This document shows positions 43,690 through 54,783 of a stretch of DNA of 64,000 nucleotides, in pieces. The translations under genes were made by a program, and so were the position numbers. Within the stretch, counting starts at the first letter, position 1. Every line of letters starts with the position of its first letter. The stretch comes from an uncultured Bacillota bacterium (GTDB lineage Bacteria; Bacillota; DTU025; MWDF01): contig CAWGMK010000007.1 of assembly GCA_963823655.1 (NCBI GenBank), positions 1 through 64,000 on the forward strand, written 5' to 3'. The notes under the pieces were generated by a model that saw only the letters and a program-made list of their open reading frames with translations, did no database searches and had not been told where the DNA came from.

Positions 43690-43874
43690 AGCAGAACTAC
43701 CGCACAGCATGCTCCCCTCAATGGCTTTCTTTATACCCTCATCCTCTTTTAGCCAGCCTTCTTTCCGGAACCAGTCAATAACCACCTTAGCTCCAGCCAG
43801 GTCTTATCCGCAAGGCGTATCTCACATGAGCCGCAATCCAGTCCGCAGGCAGCCATCATGATTGGCTTATCCAT
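43690..43874 (-). pseudogene. DUF3795-like Cys-rich protein, N-terminal fragment
   Basis: GGAGG RBS; MDKPIMMAACGLDCGSCEIRLA..VIDWFRKEGWLKEDEG..MLCG. Confidence 0.6.
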
Positions 43875-43910
43875 GTCCTCCACCGATGCGCACTTGATTT
43901 CAGGCTATTC

Positions 43911-44204
43911 ATGTTTCATCTTTGGGATGCTGATTCCATCTCAGTATCAAGGTTTATGAACGAATTCAGCAACAAGGCCTCCATCATAGGATCTATGCTT
44001 GAAACGAACAACAAACGAATTATCTATATCAAACCGAAGATCTCGCCCAAAAGGCTGGAGGAATTGATCGTAAGCAACTGGAATCTACTTTCAGACAGGG
44101 ATTTTATGCGAAAGCTATCTTGCGTGTTAACCAAGAAGCCTTCTAATCGTGCGAATTTCATAATTACATACACCATATCAGTAATTAACATAAATGGTAT
44201 ATAA
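43911..44204 (+). CDS. Hypothetical protein
   Basis: 97-aa ORF co-oriented with and just upstream of higBA; no recognisable motif. Confidence 0.3.
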   Translation: MFHLWDADSISVSRFMNEFSNKASIIGSMLETNNKRIIYIKPKISPKRLEELIVSNWNLLSDRDFMRKLSCVLTKKPSNRANFIITYTISVININGI

Positions 44205-44227
44205 TCTTTGACGATTGAGGCATTTAG

Positions 44228-44553
44228 ATGTATATTGAATTTGTTAGCAAGCGCTTGAAAGAGCAGATTGAAGATGCCAAAGCGATGAACAAGAGGTACG
44301 GCGAGGACCGAGCCCGCGAAATATGGAAGAGGCTTGATCAAATCAGGGCCTTTAACAACATCGGGGATCGCTTAAATCGGGTATTGGCCATGTGGAAATG
44401 TTGAGAGGGAATCTTAAGGGGATTATGTCGATTAGAGTTGACAAGAAGTTGCGGATTCTGTTTGAGCCTGTTAGTGAAAGCGGGCACGCCAATGACGATG
44501 TATTCGCATTAAACAGAATAAGGATCTTGGAGGTGGGCGGGTATCATGAATAG
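44228..44553 (+). CDS. higB: HigB/RelE-like toxin (frameshift near 44370)
   Basis: MYIEFVSKRLKE..KRYG..KRLDQIRA..LRGNLKGIMSIRVDKKLRILFEP..ILEVGGYH; overlaps antitoxin start. Confidence 0.75.
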
Positions 44554-45577
44554 AGACTCTGAATACAGAGCTCCGGTGGCAATACCGCCCGGCGAGACTC
44601 TATTCGAAGTGCTTGAGGATAGGAATATGACTCAGGTGGAACTCGCCAAGAGGCTGGGTTACAGCACTAAGCACATAAATCAGGTTATTAAAGGCAAGGC
44701 GTCAATTAGCAGCGATTTTGCCGTAAGCCTGTTTTATGTGCTGGGGATACCTGCATATTTCTGGCTAAATCTGGAGACCCAGTACCAGGAGGCCGCCGCC
44801 CGTTTGGCTGACGAAGCACGAATGAAGGAAGAAGCCCTTCTAGTCAAAGAGTTCTGCTATGCCGAAGCAAGCAGAAGAGGGTGGGTAAAGTCCACAAGAG
44901 ATAGCTGCGAGAAGGTCATCGAACTTAGGAAATACCTGCAGGTGTCCTCTCTGTCCCATGTAGAAGACATATATCCGGCCTCTTTCCGGATTGGAAAGTG
45001 CAAAAAGACCTTAATCGGAGCACTGGCTATGTGGCTGCGGCAAGGTGAGCTTATCGGAAAAGCTAAAAGCACAAACAAGTACAACGAAAAGAGCTTGAGA
45101 AATTTTATAGGCATGCTTAAGCAAATCTGCGCGGAGGCAGATGCGGCGGGGTTGGAGAAAGCAGGTTCCATATTAGCTGATTGCGGAGTGGCCCTTGCTG
45201 TTGTCCCACAGCTGGAAGGTACAAATGTATTGGGTGCTGCAATGAAATTGGCACCTGATAAATATGTCATTGAAATGTCCTTAAGGGGGAAATGGGCCGA
45301 TATCTTCTGGTTCAGCCTTTTCCACGAAATCGGGCACATTCTTCTTAGCCATGTGAAAGAAACATGGAGCATTAACTTCGATGATGCCGCAGAGTGCTAC
45401 CACAAGAATCAAGCTGAAGAGGATGCCGCAAACGAATTTGCCAAGGACCAGCTGATCATTCCGGCTATTTACGAAGGGTTTAAAAGTAACCACGATTTCT
45501 CCAGGGAGTCAATTAAGGAGTTCGCCGCAGACGAATGGAATTCACCCGGGAATTGTCCTTGGAAGACTATACTATGA
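44546..45577 (+). CDS. higA: HigA-family antitoxin fused to ImmA/IrrE-like metallopeptidase domain
   Basis: PPGETL..MTQVELAKRLG Xre HTH; FWFSLFHEIGH; EEDAANEFA. Confidence 0.88.
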   Translation: MNRDSEYRAPVAIPPGETLFEVLEDRNMTQVELAKRLGYSTKHINQVIKGKASISSDFAVSLFYVLGIPAYFWLNLETQYQEAAARLADEARMKEEALLVKEFCYAEASRRGWVKSTRDSCEKVIELRKYLQVSSLSHVEDIYPASFRIGKCKKTLIGALAMWLRQGELIGKAKSTNKYNEKSLRNFIGMLKQICAEADAAGLEKAGSILADCGVALAVVPQLEGTNVLGAAMKLAPDKYVIEMSLRGKWADIFWFSLFHEIGHILLSHVKETWSINFDDAAECYHKNQAEEDAANEFAKDQLIIPAIYEGFKSNHDFSRESIKEFAADEWNSPGNCPWKTIL

Positions 45578-45673
45578 TGGACTTCTCAACCATGGCGTTT
45601 TCCAAGAGATGAGATATCAGGTTAATTGATAATTTCCGTGAGTATTCAATTCGGACAAAAGGACGGCTTCATA

Positions 45674-46107
45674 GTGATAAATCTAAGGGAGATCAATGCA
45701 GACAACTGGCGCGTACTGACCAAGCTGAAAGTCAAAGACTGGCAGGCCCCATTTGTCGCCAGCAACGGGGACTCTATCGCCAGGGCGCATTATGTTAAAG
45801 ATAACTTCCCTCTCGGCATCTATGACGATGAGACTCCAGTGGGATTTTGCATGTATTCGATAAGCCCTAAGAGGCGAAATCTGGATACTTAGGCTGATGA
45901 TAGCCGCAGATTATCAATCTAAAGGCCGCGGTAAGGAGGCCACAATCAAGCTTATAGAAATGCTCCTTGATAAGTTCGGCAAAGTGCCAATATTCATCAG
46001 CTTCGACCCTGCAAACGAATGGGCCAGGAAGATTATATGCCAGTTTGGGTTTCGTGAAGGACGACAGGGAAGCGGATGATGAGATAGTCTTCAGGCTCGA
46101 TCCCTGA
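45674..46107 (+). CDS. GNAT N-acetyltransferase (spermidine acetyltransferase-like), frameshifted
   Basis: INLREINADNW..QAPFVASN..VGFCMY; RLMIAADYQSKGRGK; N..AR. Confidence 0.75.
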
Positions 46108-46227
46108 GAGCGCACAGAGTTGACGTACATTTGCCTCAGATAATAATGACGGGCGCCATTGATGGGCGCCCGTTTCTTTAATCCATAAGCATTACTAGTT
46201 AATAAGCTTGGACTATCCCGTCGAATA

Positions 46228-47535
46228 CTAGGGCCTTCCCGTTCCGATGTCCTTCCTGTATGAGAGGTTGGGGCAATCCACTGTGTCAGCGCCCCTGTAA
46301 ACCTTGGCGGTCGCCTCAGCCAGGCTGTCCCCAAGCGCGCTTATAGCCAGCACCCTTCCTCCGTCCGTAACGAGCCTGCCCTCCGCATCGCTTGCGGTCC
46401 CGGCGTGGAATATTACTACGCCTTCCTCCGGCACATCCGTGAATTCAATCTCGAAATCCTTGTCGTACATCTCAGGGTATCCCTTGCTCGCCAAGACAAG
46501 GCAGACGCATGTCTTGTCCAAGAAAGAGAGGCTCTTCCTGGTAAGCTTGCCATCGCAGGCTTCAAGCATCACCTCGACGAGGTCATCCTCCATGAGAGGA
46601 AGGACGGCCTGCGTTTCCGGGTCGCCGAAACGGCAGTTGTATTCCAGCACCTTCGGGCCTTCCTTGGTAAGCATAAGCCCTGCATAAAGCACCCCTTTGT
46701 AGGGCGTGCCCCTGTCCGCCATGATTTTCAGTATTGGCTCTACGGTAAGCTTTGCCAGATCGTAAGCCTCCTGCATGGCCACAAAAGGCGACGGCGAGAC
46801 GGCCCCCATGCCCCCGGTGTTGGGCCCCCTGTCCCCCTCCAGCGCCCTCTTGTAGTCCTTTGCCGGCATAAGAGGCAGCGCCCGTACCCCGTCGCAGATG
46901 CAAAGCAGCGACGTCTCGACGCCCTCCAACCTCTCTTCAAGCAGGACCCTGCCGGCAGATGATGCTCCTGAGAACCTGCTCAAAGCCACAGATGCCTCGG
47001 CGGTCGTATCTGCCACGACTACGCCTTTGCCCGCAGCCAGCCCGTCCAGCTTCACGACTATGGGCCCTTCCATCTTCAAAAGGGCCTCCTGGGCGCTTTT
47101 TGCATCGTCGAATATCTTGGCCCAGGCAGTAGGTACGCCGGCCTCCTGCATGATCTGCTTGGAGAAAGCCTTTGAGGATTCAAGCCTTGCGCACTCGCGT
47201 ACCGGCCCGAAGACCTTCCTGCCGCATGCTTCAAGCCTGTCCGCAAGGCCCAGCGAAAGCGGCACTTCAGGCCCCACTACGACAAGGTCGGCGTCAATTT
47301 GCTCGGCCAATTTTACAAGCCCTTCAACATCGTCCGCCTTAACCTTGAAGCATTCTGCAAGCTCGGATATACCGGGATTGCCGGGGGCTGCGAATATCTT
47401 GTCCACAAGCCTGCTTTCCGCTATCTTCCATACGAGCGCATGCTCCCTGCCTCCGGAGCCGACGACTAGTATATTGAGCTTCTCCGCCCTGCTTTCAGCA
47501 TTAGCAGCCATAGATACCTCCATCGATATCATCAA
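46228..47535 (-). CDS. purD: Phosphoribosylamine-glycine ligase
   Basis: GSGGREHA, VGPEVPL, GLAAGKGV, GPNTGGMG, RFGDPE, GGRVL. Confidence 0.96.
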   Translation of the reverse strand: MMISMEVSMAANAESRAEKLNILVVGSGGREHALVWKIAESRLVDKIFAAPGNPGISELAECFKVKADDVEGLVKLAEQIDADLVVVGPEVPLSLGLADRLEACGRKVFGPVRECARLESSKAFSKQIMQEAGVPTAWAKIFDDAKSAQEALLKMEGPIVVKLDGLAAGKGVVVADTTAEASVALSRFSGASSAGRVLLEERLEGVETSLLCICDGVRALPLMPAKDYKRALEGDRGPNTGGMGAVSPSPFVAMQEAYDLAKLTVEPILKIMADRGTPYKGVLYAGLMLTKEGPKVLEYNCRFGDPETQAVLPLMEDDLVEVMLEACDGKLTRKSLSFLDKTCVCLVLASKGYPEMYDKDFEIEFTDVPEEGVVIFHAGTASDAEGRLVTDGGRVLAISALGDSLAEATAKVYRGADTVDCPNLSYRKDIGTGRP

Positions 47536-47565
47536 ATTAGCTGAGCCCTGCTCCTGCCAAAATTC

Positions 47566-49113
47566 CTAGTGCTTGAAATGCCTCACTCCGGTGTATACCA
47601 TCGCTATGCCGTGCTTGTCGCACTCCTCGATGCTCTCTTTGTCCCTGATGCTGCCGCCCGGCTGTATTATCGCCTTTACGCCAGCCTTCGCCGCCGCCTC
47701 CACAGTGTCCTTGAACGGGAAGTAGGCATCGGATGCCATGACGGACCCCTTGGCCTTGTCGCCCGCCATCTCGATTGCGATCTTGGCGGCTCCTACCCTG
47801 TTAGTCTGCCCGCCTCCCACGCCCACAGTAGCCTCGCCCTTCCAGAGCAATATGGCGTTGGATTTGACGTGCTTGACCACTTTCCATGCGAACAGAAGCT
47901 GCATCACTTCCTCGTCCGTGGGGCAGATCTTGGTGACGCACTTAAGATCCTCCATGACGACTTTCTTCGCATCGGTGCCCTGCATCAGGAAGCCCCCAGG
48001 AACGGTCTTTATGTCGACTTCCTTGCCCCTCATCATCTCATCCAGGGACAGCTCGACGAACCTTACAGCCGGCTTCTTCGAGAACATCAAGGAAGCTTCG
48101 CCGGAGAAGCTCGGAGCCACGACCACCTCTAGGAATATCTCGGCCATCTTGGCGATGACGGAGCTTCCCAGCTGCCTGTTCGATGCAACAATGCCACCGA
48201 AGGCAGATACCGGGTCAGCCTCATAGGCCAACCTAAATGCCTCGTCAATATTCTCCGCGACTGCCACTCCGCAGGGGGTCGCGTGCTTGACGATGCAGAC
48301 GCACGGCCTGTCGGGGCCGAACTCCCTGAGGACCGCAATCGCAGTCTCCATGTCGCCCAGGTTGTTGTAGCTGAGCTCCTTGCCGGACAGCTTCTTCATC
48401 GCCAGCATGCCTGTAGGAAGAAGCCCCGACTGCTTATAGAGCCCCGCGCTCTGGTGGGGGTTCTCGCCGTATCTAAGCTCCAGGGCAGGCGCCAGTCCAA
48501 TTGCAAGGCTCGCGCCCGCAAGGTCTAGCAAGCCACGTCCGGCCTTTGCGTTCAGGTGCTGTGAAATCGCAGCGTCGTAAGCTGCTGTATGGGAGAAAGC
48601 CTTGGAGGCAAGCTCCAGTTTCAAAACCTTGCTCACCTTGCCGGTCCTAAGCTCCTTGAGCACCCTGTCGTAGTCCTTTGGGTCAGTCACGACGGTGACA
48701 CGCTCGAAGTTCTTGGCGGCTGATCTGAGCATCGAGGGGCCGCCGATGTCGATGTTCTCTACTATGGTCTCGAAGTCCGCCCCCTTATCCACGGTCGCCT
48801 GGAAGGGATAGAGATTTACGCAAACTATGTCAATGAGCTTGGCGCCCAGTTTCGCAACCTGCTTGAGATGCTCGTCAATTGGCCTTGCGAGGATTCCTGC
48901 ATGTACCATCGGATGCAGCGTCTTCACCCTGCCGTCCAGGCACTCCGGGAAGTTGGTAAGCTCCGATATGTCCATTACGGTAACTCCAGCGTTCCTTAGG
49001 ACATTGGCGGTGCCGCCTGTAGAGACAATGTCGAAGCCCAGATCTACAAGGCCTTTTGCGAACTGCGCAGCCCCCGTCTTGTCCGTTAAGCTGATCAAAG
49101 CAAGTTTTCCCAT
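47566..49113 (-). CDS. purH: AICAR transformylase / IMP cyclohydrolase
   Basis: STGGT, GRVKTLHP, IDIGGPS, LRYGENPHQ, KHVKSNAI, SDAYFPF, RHFKH. Confidence 0.96.
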   Translation of the reverse strand: MGKLALISLTDKTGAAQFAKGLVDLGFDIVSTGGTANVLRNAGVTVMDISELTNFPECLDGRVKTLHPMVHAGILARPIDEHLKQVAKLGAKLIDIVCVNLYPFQATVDKGADFETIVENIDIGGPSMLRSAAKNFERVTVVTDPKDYDRVLKELRTGKVSKVLKLELASKAFSHTAAYDAAISQHLNAKAGRGLLDLAGASLAIGLAPALELRYGENPHQSAGLYKQSGLLPTGMLAMKKLSGKELSYNNLGDMETAIAVLREFGPDRPCVCIVKHATPCGVAVAENIDEAFRLAYEADPVSAFGGIVASNRQLGSSVIAKMAEIFLEVVVAPSFSGEASLMFSKKPAVRFVELSLDEMMRGKEVDIKTVPGGFLMQGTDAKKVVMEDLKCVTKICPTDEEVMQLLFAWKVVKHVKSNAILLWKGEATVGVGGGQTNRVGAAKIAIEMAGDKAKGSVMASDAYFPFKDTVEAAAKAGVKAIIQPGGSIRDKESIEECDKHGIAMVYTGVRHFKH

Positions 49114-49174
49114 CAATTTTCCTCCCAAAAGGCCAAAAGCCCGTAATCAAAACAAGTTATACCGCTACTGCAGC

Positions 49175-49288
49175 CTATTTCTTCGGCCCCTTGGATTTCC
49201 TTGCGCGAACGACCTGCTCGATCTTCGCGAAGAAGAAAGTCTTCCAGGCCTTGTAGTTCATCATTAAGTGCAGAAGGAACGCCCTCAC
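49175..49288 (-). CDS. Putative 37-aa basic small protein between purN and purH
   Basis: GGAGG RBS, GTG start overlapping purN TGA (GTGA); MRAFLLHLMMNYKAWKTFFFAKIEQVVRARKSKGPKK. Confidence 0.45.
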   Translation of the reverse strand: MRAFLLHLMMNYKAWKTFFFAKIEQVVRARKSKGPKK

Positions 49289-49941
49289 CGGGCATCGCCT
49301 CCATCCGAGATCCTGACAGTCCTGCCATCCAATCGCACCTTTTCGTCCGCAAGAAGCCCTAAGGCCTCAACGTAGAGGATGTGCTCCTGCTCAAGTATCC
49401 TCTGAGATAATTTCTCCTCGTCGTCGCCCTCAAGCACAGAGACGGCCCTTTGCAAAATTATCGGCCCCGTGTCCATGCCTTCGTCCACGAAATGCACTGT
49501 GCATCCGGTAACCTTGGCCCCGAAGTCCAGGGCCTGTTTTTGCGCATCAAGTCCGGGGAAGCTGGGCAGAAGCGCCGGGTGGATGTTCACTATCCTGCCT
49601 TTAAACCTTCCAACGAACTCCTTGCCCAGCACCCTCATGAAGCCCGCAAGGGCTATGTAATCGGGGTTGAAGCCTTCTACCAGATCAGCCAGCGCCATGT
49701 CGTAATCACGCCTTGTGGCAAATCCCTTCCTTGCCAGCACGACCACATTCGGGACGCCTGCTTTCAGGGCTTTGCCAAGGACCGCGGCATCCGTCTTGTC
49801 GGACACGACGGCTATGATTTCGGCATTCAGCTTTCCTGCCTTTATGGCATCGTCGATAGCGGTGAAATTTGAGCCCCTGCCGGATGCCATTATCACAAGC
49901 CTCATCGCTTTTCCTTTCGTGGCCCTCACCGCCTTTCGCAT
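49285..49941 (-). CDS. purN: Phosphoribosylglycinamide formyltransferase
   Basis: ASGRGSN, LAGFMR, NIHPALLP, GCTVHFV, DTGPII, EH. Confidence 0.96.
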   Translation of the reverse strand: MRKAVRATKGKAMRLVIMASGRGSNFTAIDDAIKAGKLNAEIIAVVSDKTDAAVLGKALKAGVPNVVVLARKGFATRRDYDMALADLVEGFNPDYIALAGFMRVLGKEFVGRFKGRIVNIHPALLPSFPGLDAQKQALDFGAKVTGCTVHFVDEGMDTGPIILQRAVSVLEGDDEEKLSQRILEQEHILYVEALGLLADEKVRLDGRTVRISDGGDAR

Positions 49942-49972
49942 CTATTTGCTCGCTGCTTCTTAAAAGCCTCGC

Positions 49973-52489
49973 TTACTTCTGGTTCTTCGCCTTCTTGGAC
50001 AGGTTGAACTTCACCTCTGCCCTGCCGGACGTTATCCTGCCCACTACCGCCGCCTTTTCGCCGGCGTTGTTGAGAAGCTCTACAGCCCTTGCCGCATCCT
50101 GCTGCCTTACTACGGCCACGAAGCCTAGCCCCATGTTGAACACCCTTAGCATCTCGGACGTCTCCACCTTGCCCAGCCTTGCTATCATGTCGAACACCGG
50201 GGGCACCTTCCAGCTTCCCAGATCAAGCTCCATGCCGCAACCTTCCGGCAGGCACCTTACTGGGTTTTCCACCAGGCCTCCGCCTGTTATATGGGCCATG
50301 CCGAGGACTTCGACTTCCTTCATCAGGGCCAGCACCGGCCTAACATATATCCTCGTGGGTTTCAGAAGCTCCTCGCCCACAGTGCAGCCCAGCTCCTCGA
50401 AATGCTCGTGGAAGTACAAGCTGTTGTCTGCAAGAAGCACGCGCCTTGCCAGGGAGAACCCGTTGGAATGAAGGCCGTTGGAGGCAAGCCCGATTACTGC
50501 ATCTCCCGGTTTTATCTTGGAGCCGTCAATTATCTCGTCTTTTTCAACGGCGCCGACCGCAAAGCCCGCAACGTCGTACTCCCCGTAAGGGTAGAAGCCC
50601 GGCATTTCCGCCGTCTCGCCGCCGACTAGGGCGCAGTCCGCCTGTACGCAGCCGTCCGCGACGCCTTTGACTATATCCGCCACGAGCTCCGGCTCAAGCT
50701 TGCCGAGCGCTATGTAATCCAGGAAGAATATCGGCTTTGCACCAGATACCAGGCAGTCATTAACGCACATGGCCACGCAGTCAATACCGATGGTATCGTT
50801 CCTGTCCATGCCCATCGCGATTCTAAGCTTGGTGCCGACGCCGTCGGTCCCGGAGACCAGTACCGGCTTTTTGAGGCCGAGGGAGCTCAAGTCGAACAGG
50901 CCGCCGAAGCCGCCTATGCCGCCCATCACGCCCTTGGTCCTTGTCTTCTCCACATGGGGCTTGATGAGCTCTACCGCCTTGTTACCGGCATCTATATCCA
51001 CGCCCGCCTTGCGGTAGGTCGCGCTCTCTTCGCCCTTCTTTATGGTCTCGAATACCTGCTTGTCGCTTTCGGCGTCGACCGCCGTCGGATATTTGCCGTC
51101 GAAGCAGGCCTTGCAAAAGCCCCTACTTCCTGAGCCGGACGAGCGCCTTGCCCTCTCAATCGCCAGGACCATGCCCTCCAAGGAGAGGTAGTACAGCAAT
51201 TCCGAGCCTATCATCTCCCTGATCTCATCTACGCTCTTCACATTGGCCACCAGCTCGCCGCGCCCCGTTGTATCTATGCCGTAATGGCAGCCGAACTTCA
51301 CTGGAGGCGACGATACGACGACATGTACCTCGGTGGCGCCGGCCCTCTTCATGAGGTCAACCAGCTTGCGGCTTGTCGTGCCGCGAACAATTGAGTCATC
51401 CACTAGCACGACACGCTTTCCTCTAACGAGGGAGGCGACCGCGTTTAGCTTGAGCCTTACGCCAAGGTCCCTGACGTTCTGGGACGGCTGTATGAAAGTC
51501 CTTCCCATGTAGCGGTTCTTTATCATGCCCATCACGTATGGCAGGCCGCTCTCCTGGGCGTAGCCCTGGGCCGCTCCTATGCCCAATTCCGGAACGGGCA
51601 CTACGATGTCGGCCTCGATGCCGCGGCTTTCGCGCGCCAACTGCTTTCCGAGCTCGAACCTGGCCTCGGCCACCCCGATGTCGTCGATGCACGAGTCTGG
51701 CCTTGCGAGGTATACGTGCTCGAATATGCAGGATGAGTGCTTCACGCCGTTGATCTTGCCGGCGGAGTGGAGCCCGTCCTTGTTCATGTATATGATCTCG
51801 CCGGGCTCGACGTCTCTTATCCTCACAGCGCCGACCGTATCAAGCGCGCAGGATTCGGAGGCCACGAAGTAGCCTGAGCCGTCTCCCGCCTCGCCCACCA
51901 TAAGCGGCCTGAAGCCGTGCGGATCCCTTGCGGCGTAGACTGTGTCGCCCTGCAGCACCGCGAATGAGTAGGCGCCGTCCAGAGTCTCCATGGCCTTCCT
52001 GATTGCGCCAAGCATGCCCATGTCATAGTGCCTGGCGATAGTGCAGCCGATTATCTCGGAGTCGGACGTAGTCTGGAAGACCGCGCCGGTCTTGCCCAGC
52101 CTCCGCCTTAGCGTCGCGGCGTTGGTGATGTTGCCGTTATGGGCGAGCGCCATCATCCCGTCAATATACCTGAAGGTCATGGGCTGGGCGTTCATTATGT
52201 CGGAGCTGCCAGTCGTGGAGTATCTGACATGCCCTATGCCCGAATGGCCCTTGAGGGATGTGACCGAGTGCTTCGAGAAGACCTCGGTTACCAGGCCCAT
52301 GTCCTTGATCACTTTTATCTCATTGCCCTCGAAAGTGGCGATGCCCGCGCTCTCCTGGCCCCTGTGCTGCAGGGCTACCAGCCCCATGAATATGTTCTCC
52401 GCGGCCGGCCCCTGAAGGGCCGCCCCGAAGACGCCGCACTCATCGCGCACCGCATCGTCCTCTATAAGGCATACATGCTTTAGATCCAA
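49973..52489 (-). CDS. purF/purM: Apparent amidophosphoribosyltransferase - AIR synthetase fusion (PurF-PurM)
   Basis: [29 protein letters not shown] then, in frame, [41 protein letters not shown]. Confidence 0.9.
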   Translation of the reverse strand: MDLKHVCLIEDDAVRDECGVFGAALQGPAAENIFMGLVALQHRGQESAGIATFEGNEIKVIKDMGLVTEVFSKHSVTSLKGHSGIGHVRYSTTGSSDIMNAQPMTFRYIDGMMALAHNGNITNAATLRRRLGKTGAVFQTTSDSEIIGCTIARHYDMGMLGAIRKAMETLDGAYSFAVLQGDTVYAARDPHGFRPLMVGEAGDGSGYFVASESCALDTVGAVRIRDVEPGEIIYMNKDGLHSAGKINGVKHSSCIFEHVYLARPDSCIDDIGVAEARFELGKQLARESRGIEADIVVPVPELGIGAAQGYAQESGLPYVMGMIKNRYMGRTFIQPSQNVRDLGVRLKLNAVASLVRGKRVVLVDDSIVRGTTSRKLVDLMKRAGATEVHVVVSSPPVKFGCHYGIDTTGRGELVANVKSVDEIREMIGSELLYYLSLEGMVLAIERARRSSGSGSRGFCKACFDGKYPTAVDAESDKQVFETIKKGEESATYRKAGVDIDAGNKAVELIKPHVEKTRTKGVMGGIGGFGGLFDLSSLGLKKPVLVSGTDGVGTKLRIAMGMDRNDTIGIDCVAMCVNDCLVSGAKPIFFLDYIALGKLEPELVADIVKGVADGCVQADCALVGGETAEMPGFYPYGEYDVAGFAVGAVEKDEIIDGSKIKPGDAVIGLASNGLHSNGFSLARRVLLADNSLYFHEHFEELGCTVGEELLKPTRIYVRPVLALMKEVEVLGMAHITGGGLVENPVRCLPEGCGMELDLGSWKVPPVFDMIARLGKVETSEMLRVFNMGLGFVAVVRQQDAARAVELLNNAGEKAAVVGRITSGRAEVKFNLSKKAKNQK

Positions 52490-52499
52490 TATAGTTACC

Positions 52500-54783
52500 T
52501 CACCTTCCGGAGATGGCGCAGGGAAGCGCCTCCTCATAAGCCCTGTTCATCTTGCAAAGGTCCACGTTCACGGCCTTGCCGTCCAGTTTTATCGAAAGGG
52601 TTTCCCCTCCGGTCTTGCCGACGAAGTACGCCGGCACGCCGTTTCTCCTGGCGATGCTCTGTATCGTTGCCGCATTGCCGGGCTTCACCTCTATGAGGGC
52701 CCTTGATGCGCTCTCGGAGAAGAGCAGCTTGTAAAGCGGCAGGCAGTCGGGGTTCGCATCAGTAAGATCGATATCGGCACCTATCCCTTTTGCAAGGCAT
52801 GCTTCAGAAAGGGCCGCGCCCAACCCGCCTTCCGCGCAGTCGTGAGCAGATGTCATCAGGCCCTGGCCCGCTGCCTCTATCAGGAACTTGATAAGCCTCT
52901 TCTCGTTGTCCGCGTTGAACCTTGGAGGCCTGCCGGCCTCTATGCCGTGGAAATGGGCCAGGTATTCAGACCCGCCCAGCTCGTCTTTTGTTTCACCCAA
53001 CAGGACGATGGAGTTGCCGGCCTCCCTGAAGCCCGCAGGCACCGCCTTGTTCACGTCGTCCAAGGAACCTACCATGCCGATAGTGGGAGTCGGGTAGATC
53101 GCAGTCTCGCCGTCCTCGTTGTAGAAGCTGACATTGCCGCCTGTTACCGGCGTTCCGAAAACCTCGCACCCTTCGGCAAGGCCCAGCACGGATTCCCTGA
53201 AGCTCCAGTATACTTCGGGTTTCATGGGGTTGCCGTGGTTCTGGCAGTTTGTTACGGCAAGTGGCGTCGCGCCTGTCAGGGCGATCTTCCTTGCTGCCTC
53301 GGCCACCGCAAGCTTGGCACCCTCCCTGGGGAACAGGTAGCAGTAGCGGGGGTTGACGTCGGTAGTGAGTGCAATGCCCTTGTTTGTTCCGGGGATGCGC
53401 ACAACGGCGGCGTCTCCGCCCGGTTTTATCGCGGTGCCGCAGCCGACCTGGTGGTCGTACTGCGAGTATATCCAGCGCTTGGAGCAAAGGGCGGGCGATG
53501 CCATAAAGTCGATGATCATCGAGGAGAGCTTCTCATCGTCGGGCGCCGGCAGGCTGCCCGGGTCGAATGCGCCTAGCTCATTGATGTAGCCCGGCTTCAC
53601 GTATTCCCTGTCGTAGGCAGGCGCGTCCTCAGCAAGCTGCGCTGCGGGGATATCGGCTACGACTTCGCCGTGCATGGTCAGCGTCAGCATCCCGCCGTCG
53701 GTGACCTCTCCTATGACTGCCGCGTCCAGGTCCCACTTCCTCAGGATGTCGGCGACCTCCCCCTCCTTGCCGGGGACGGGCACCATGAGCATCCTCTCCT
53801 GCGATTCCGAAAGCATTATCTCGTAAGGGCTCATGCCGGTCTCGCGCTTGGGAACAAGGTCCAGCTCTACTTTCATTCCTGATCCACCGCGGCTTGCCAT
53901 CTCAGATGTCGCGCAGGTAAGCCCTGCCGCGCCAAGATCCTGAATTCCGAGCACAAGTTCCTTTTCAACCAGCTCCAGGCAGGCTTCAAGCAGAAGCTTC
54001 TCGCGGAACGGGTCGCCGACTTGTACTGCCGATTTCCTCTCCTGGGCCTCCTCTGTCAGGTCCGCCGATGCGAATGTCGCCCCGTGTATGCCGTCGCGCC
54101 CGGTGGTGGAGCCTATAAGCATGACTTTGTTGCCGGCGCCTGTCGCTTTGCCGCGCCTGATGTCCTCATGCTTCAGATATCCTACGCACATGACATTTAT
54201 TAAGAGGATTTACCGAATAGCAGCTTCCGAACCAGCTCATGCCGCCGACTGTGGGAATGCCGACCGCGTTGCCGTAGCCCGCTATGCCGGCTACCACGCC
54301 GTCGATTATGTGGCGGTTCCTGGCGTCGTCCGCAGGCCCGAAGAACAGCGGGTCGAGCATGGCTATCGGGCGCGCTCCCATGGTGAATATGTCGCGTATG
54401 ATGCCGCCGGCCCCTGTCGCGGCCCCCTGATAGGGCTCAACCGCGCTGGGGTGGTTGTGGCTTTCGATCTTGAACGCGACGGCCAGGCCATCGCCGACAT
54501 CGACTATGCCTGCGTTCTCGCCCGGGCCCTGCAGCACGCAGTCGCCCTTGGTAGGCAGTAGCTTCAGCACCTTCCTCGAATTCTTATAGGAGCAGTGCTC
54601 GCTCCACATGACGGAGAACATCGCCACTTCCAGGAAGTTGGGATGCTTTCCGATCTTGGTGCAGACCAGCTCGTATTCTTCATCGGTAAGCCCCATCGCG
54701 CGCCAGTCCTTGGGCTCCACTGTCCTTACGCCTGAGACTGCCGGGCTCTGCTTATCCACGAAATCTTTTATCTGCTCGCTCAT
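52500..54783 (-). CDS. purL: FGAM synthase subunit PurL, frameshift near 54195
   Basis: [40 protein letters not shown]. Confidence 0.93.

Noticed and set aside
43680-43700. Integron attC site at the fic insert boundary (CGTTAGCAG)
   Set aside because: No complementary R'' box or L boxes at an appropriate distance, and no integron integrase in the window.
42250-43913. 12-bp perfect inverted repeat CATGAATAGCCT (42250-42261 / 43902-43913) as transposon ends
   Set aside because: One copy lies inside the DUF3795 coding fragment, the pair does not match the fic insert boundaries, and several such 12-mers are expected by chance in 64 kb.
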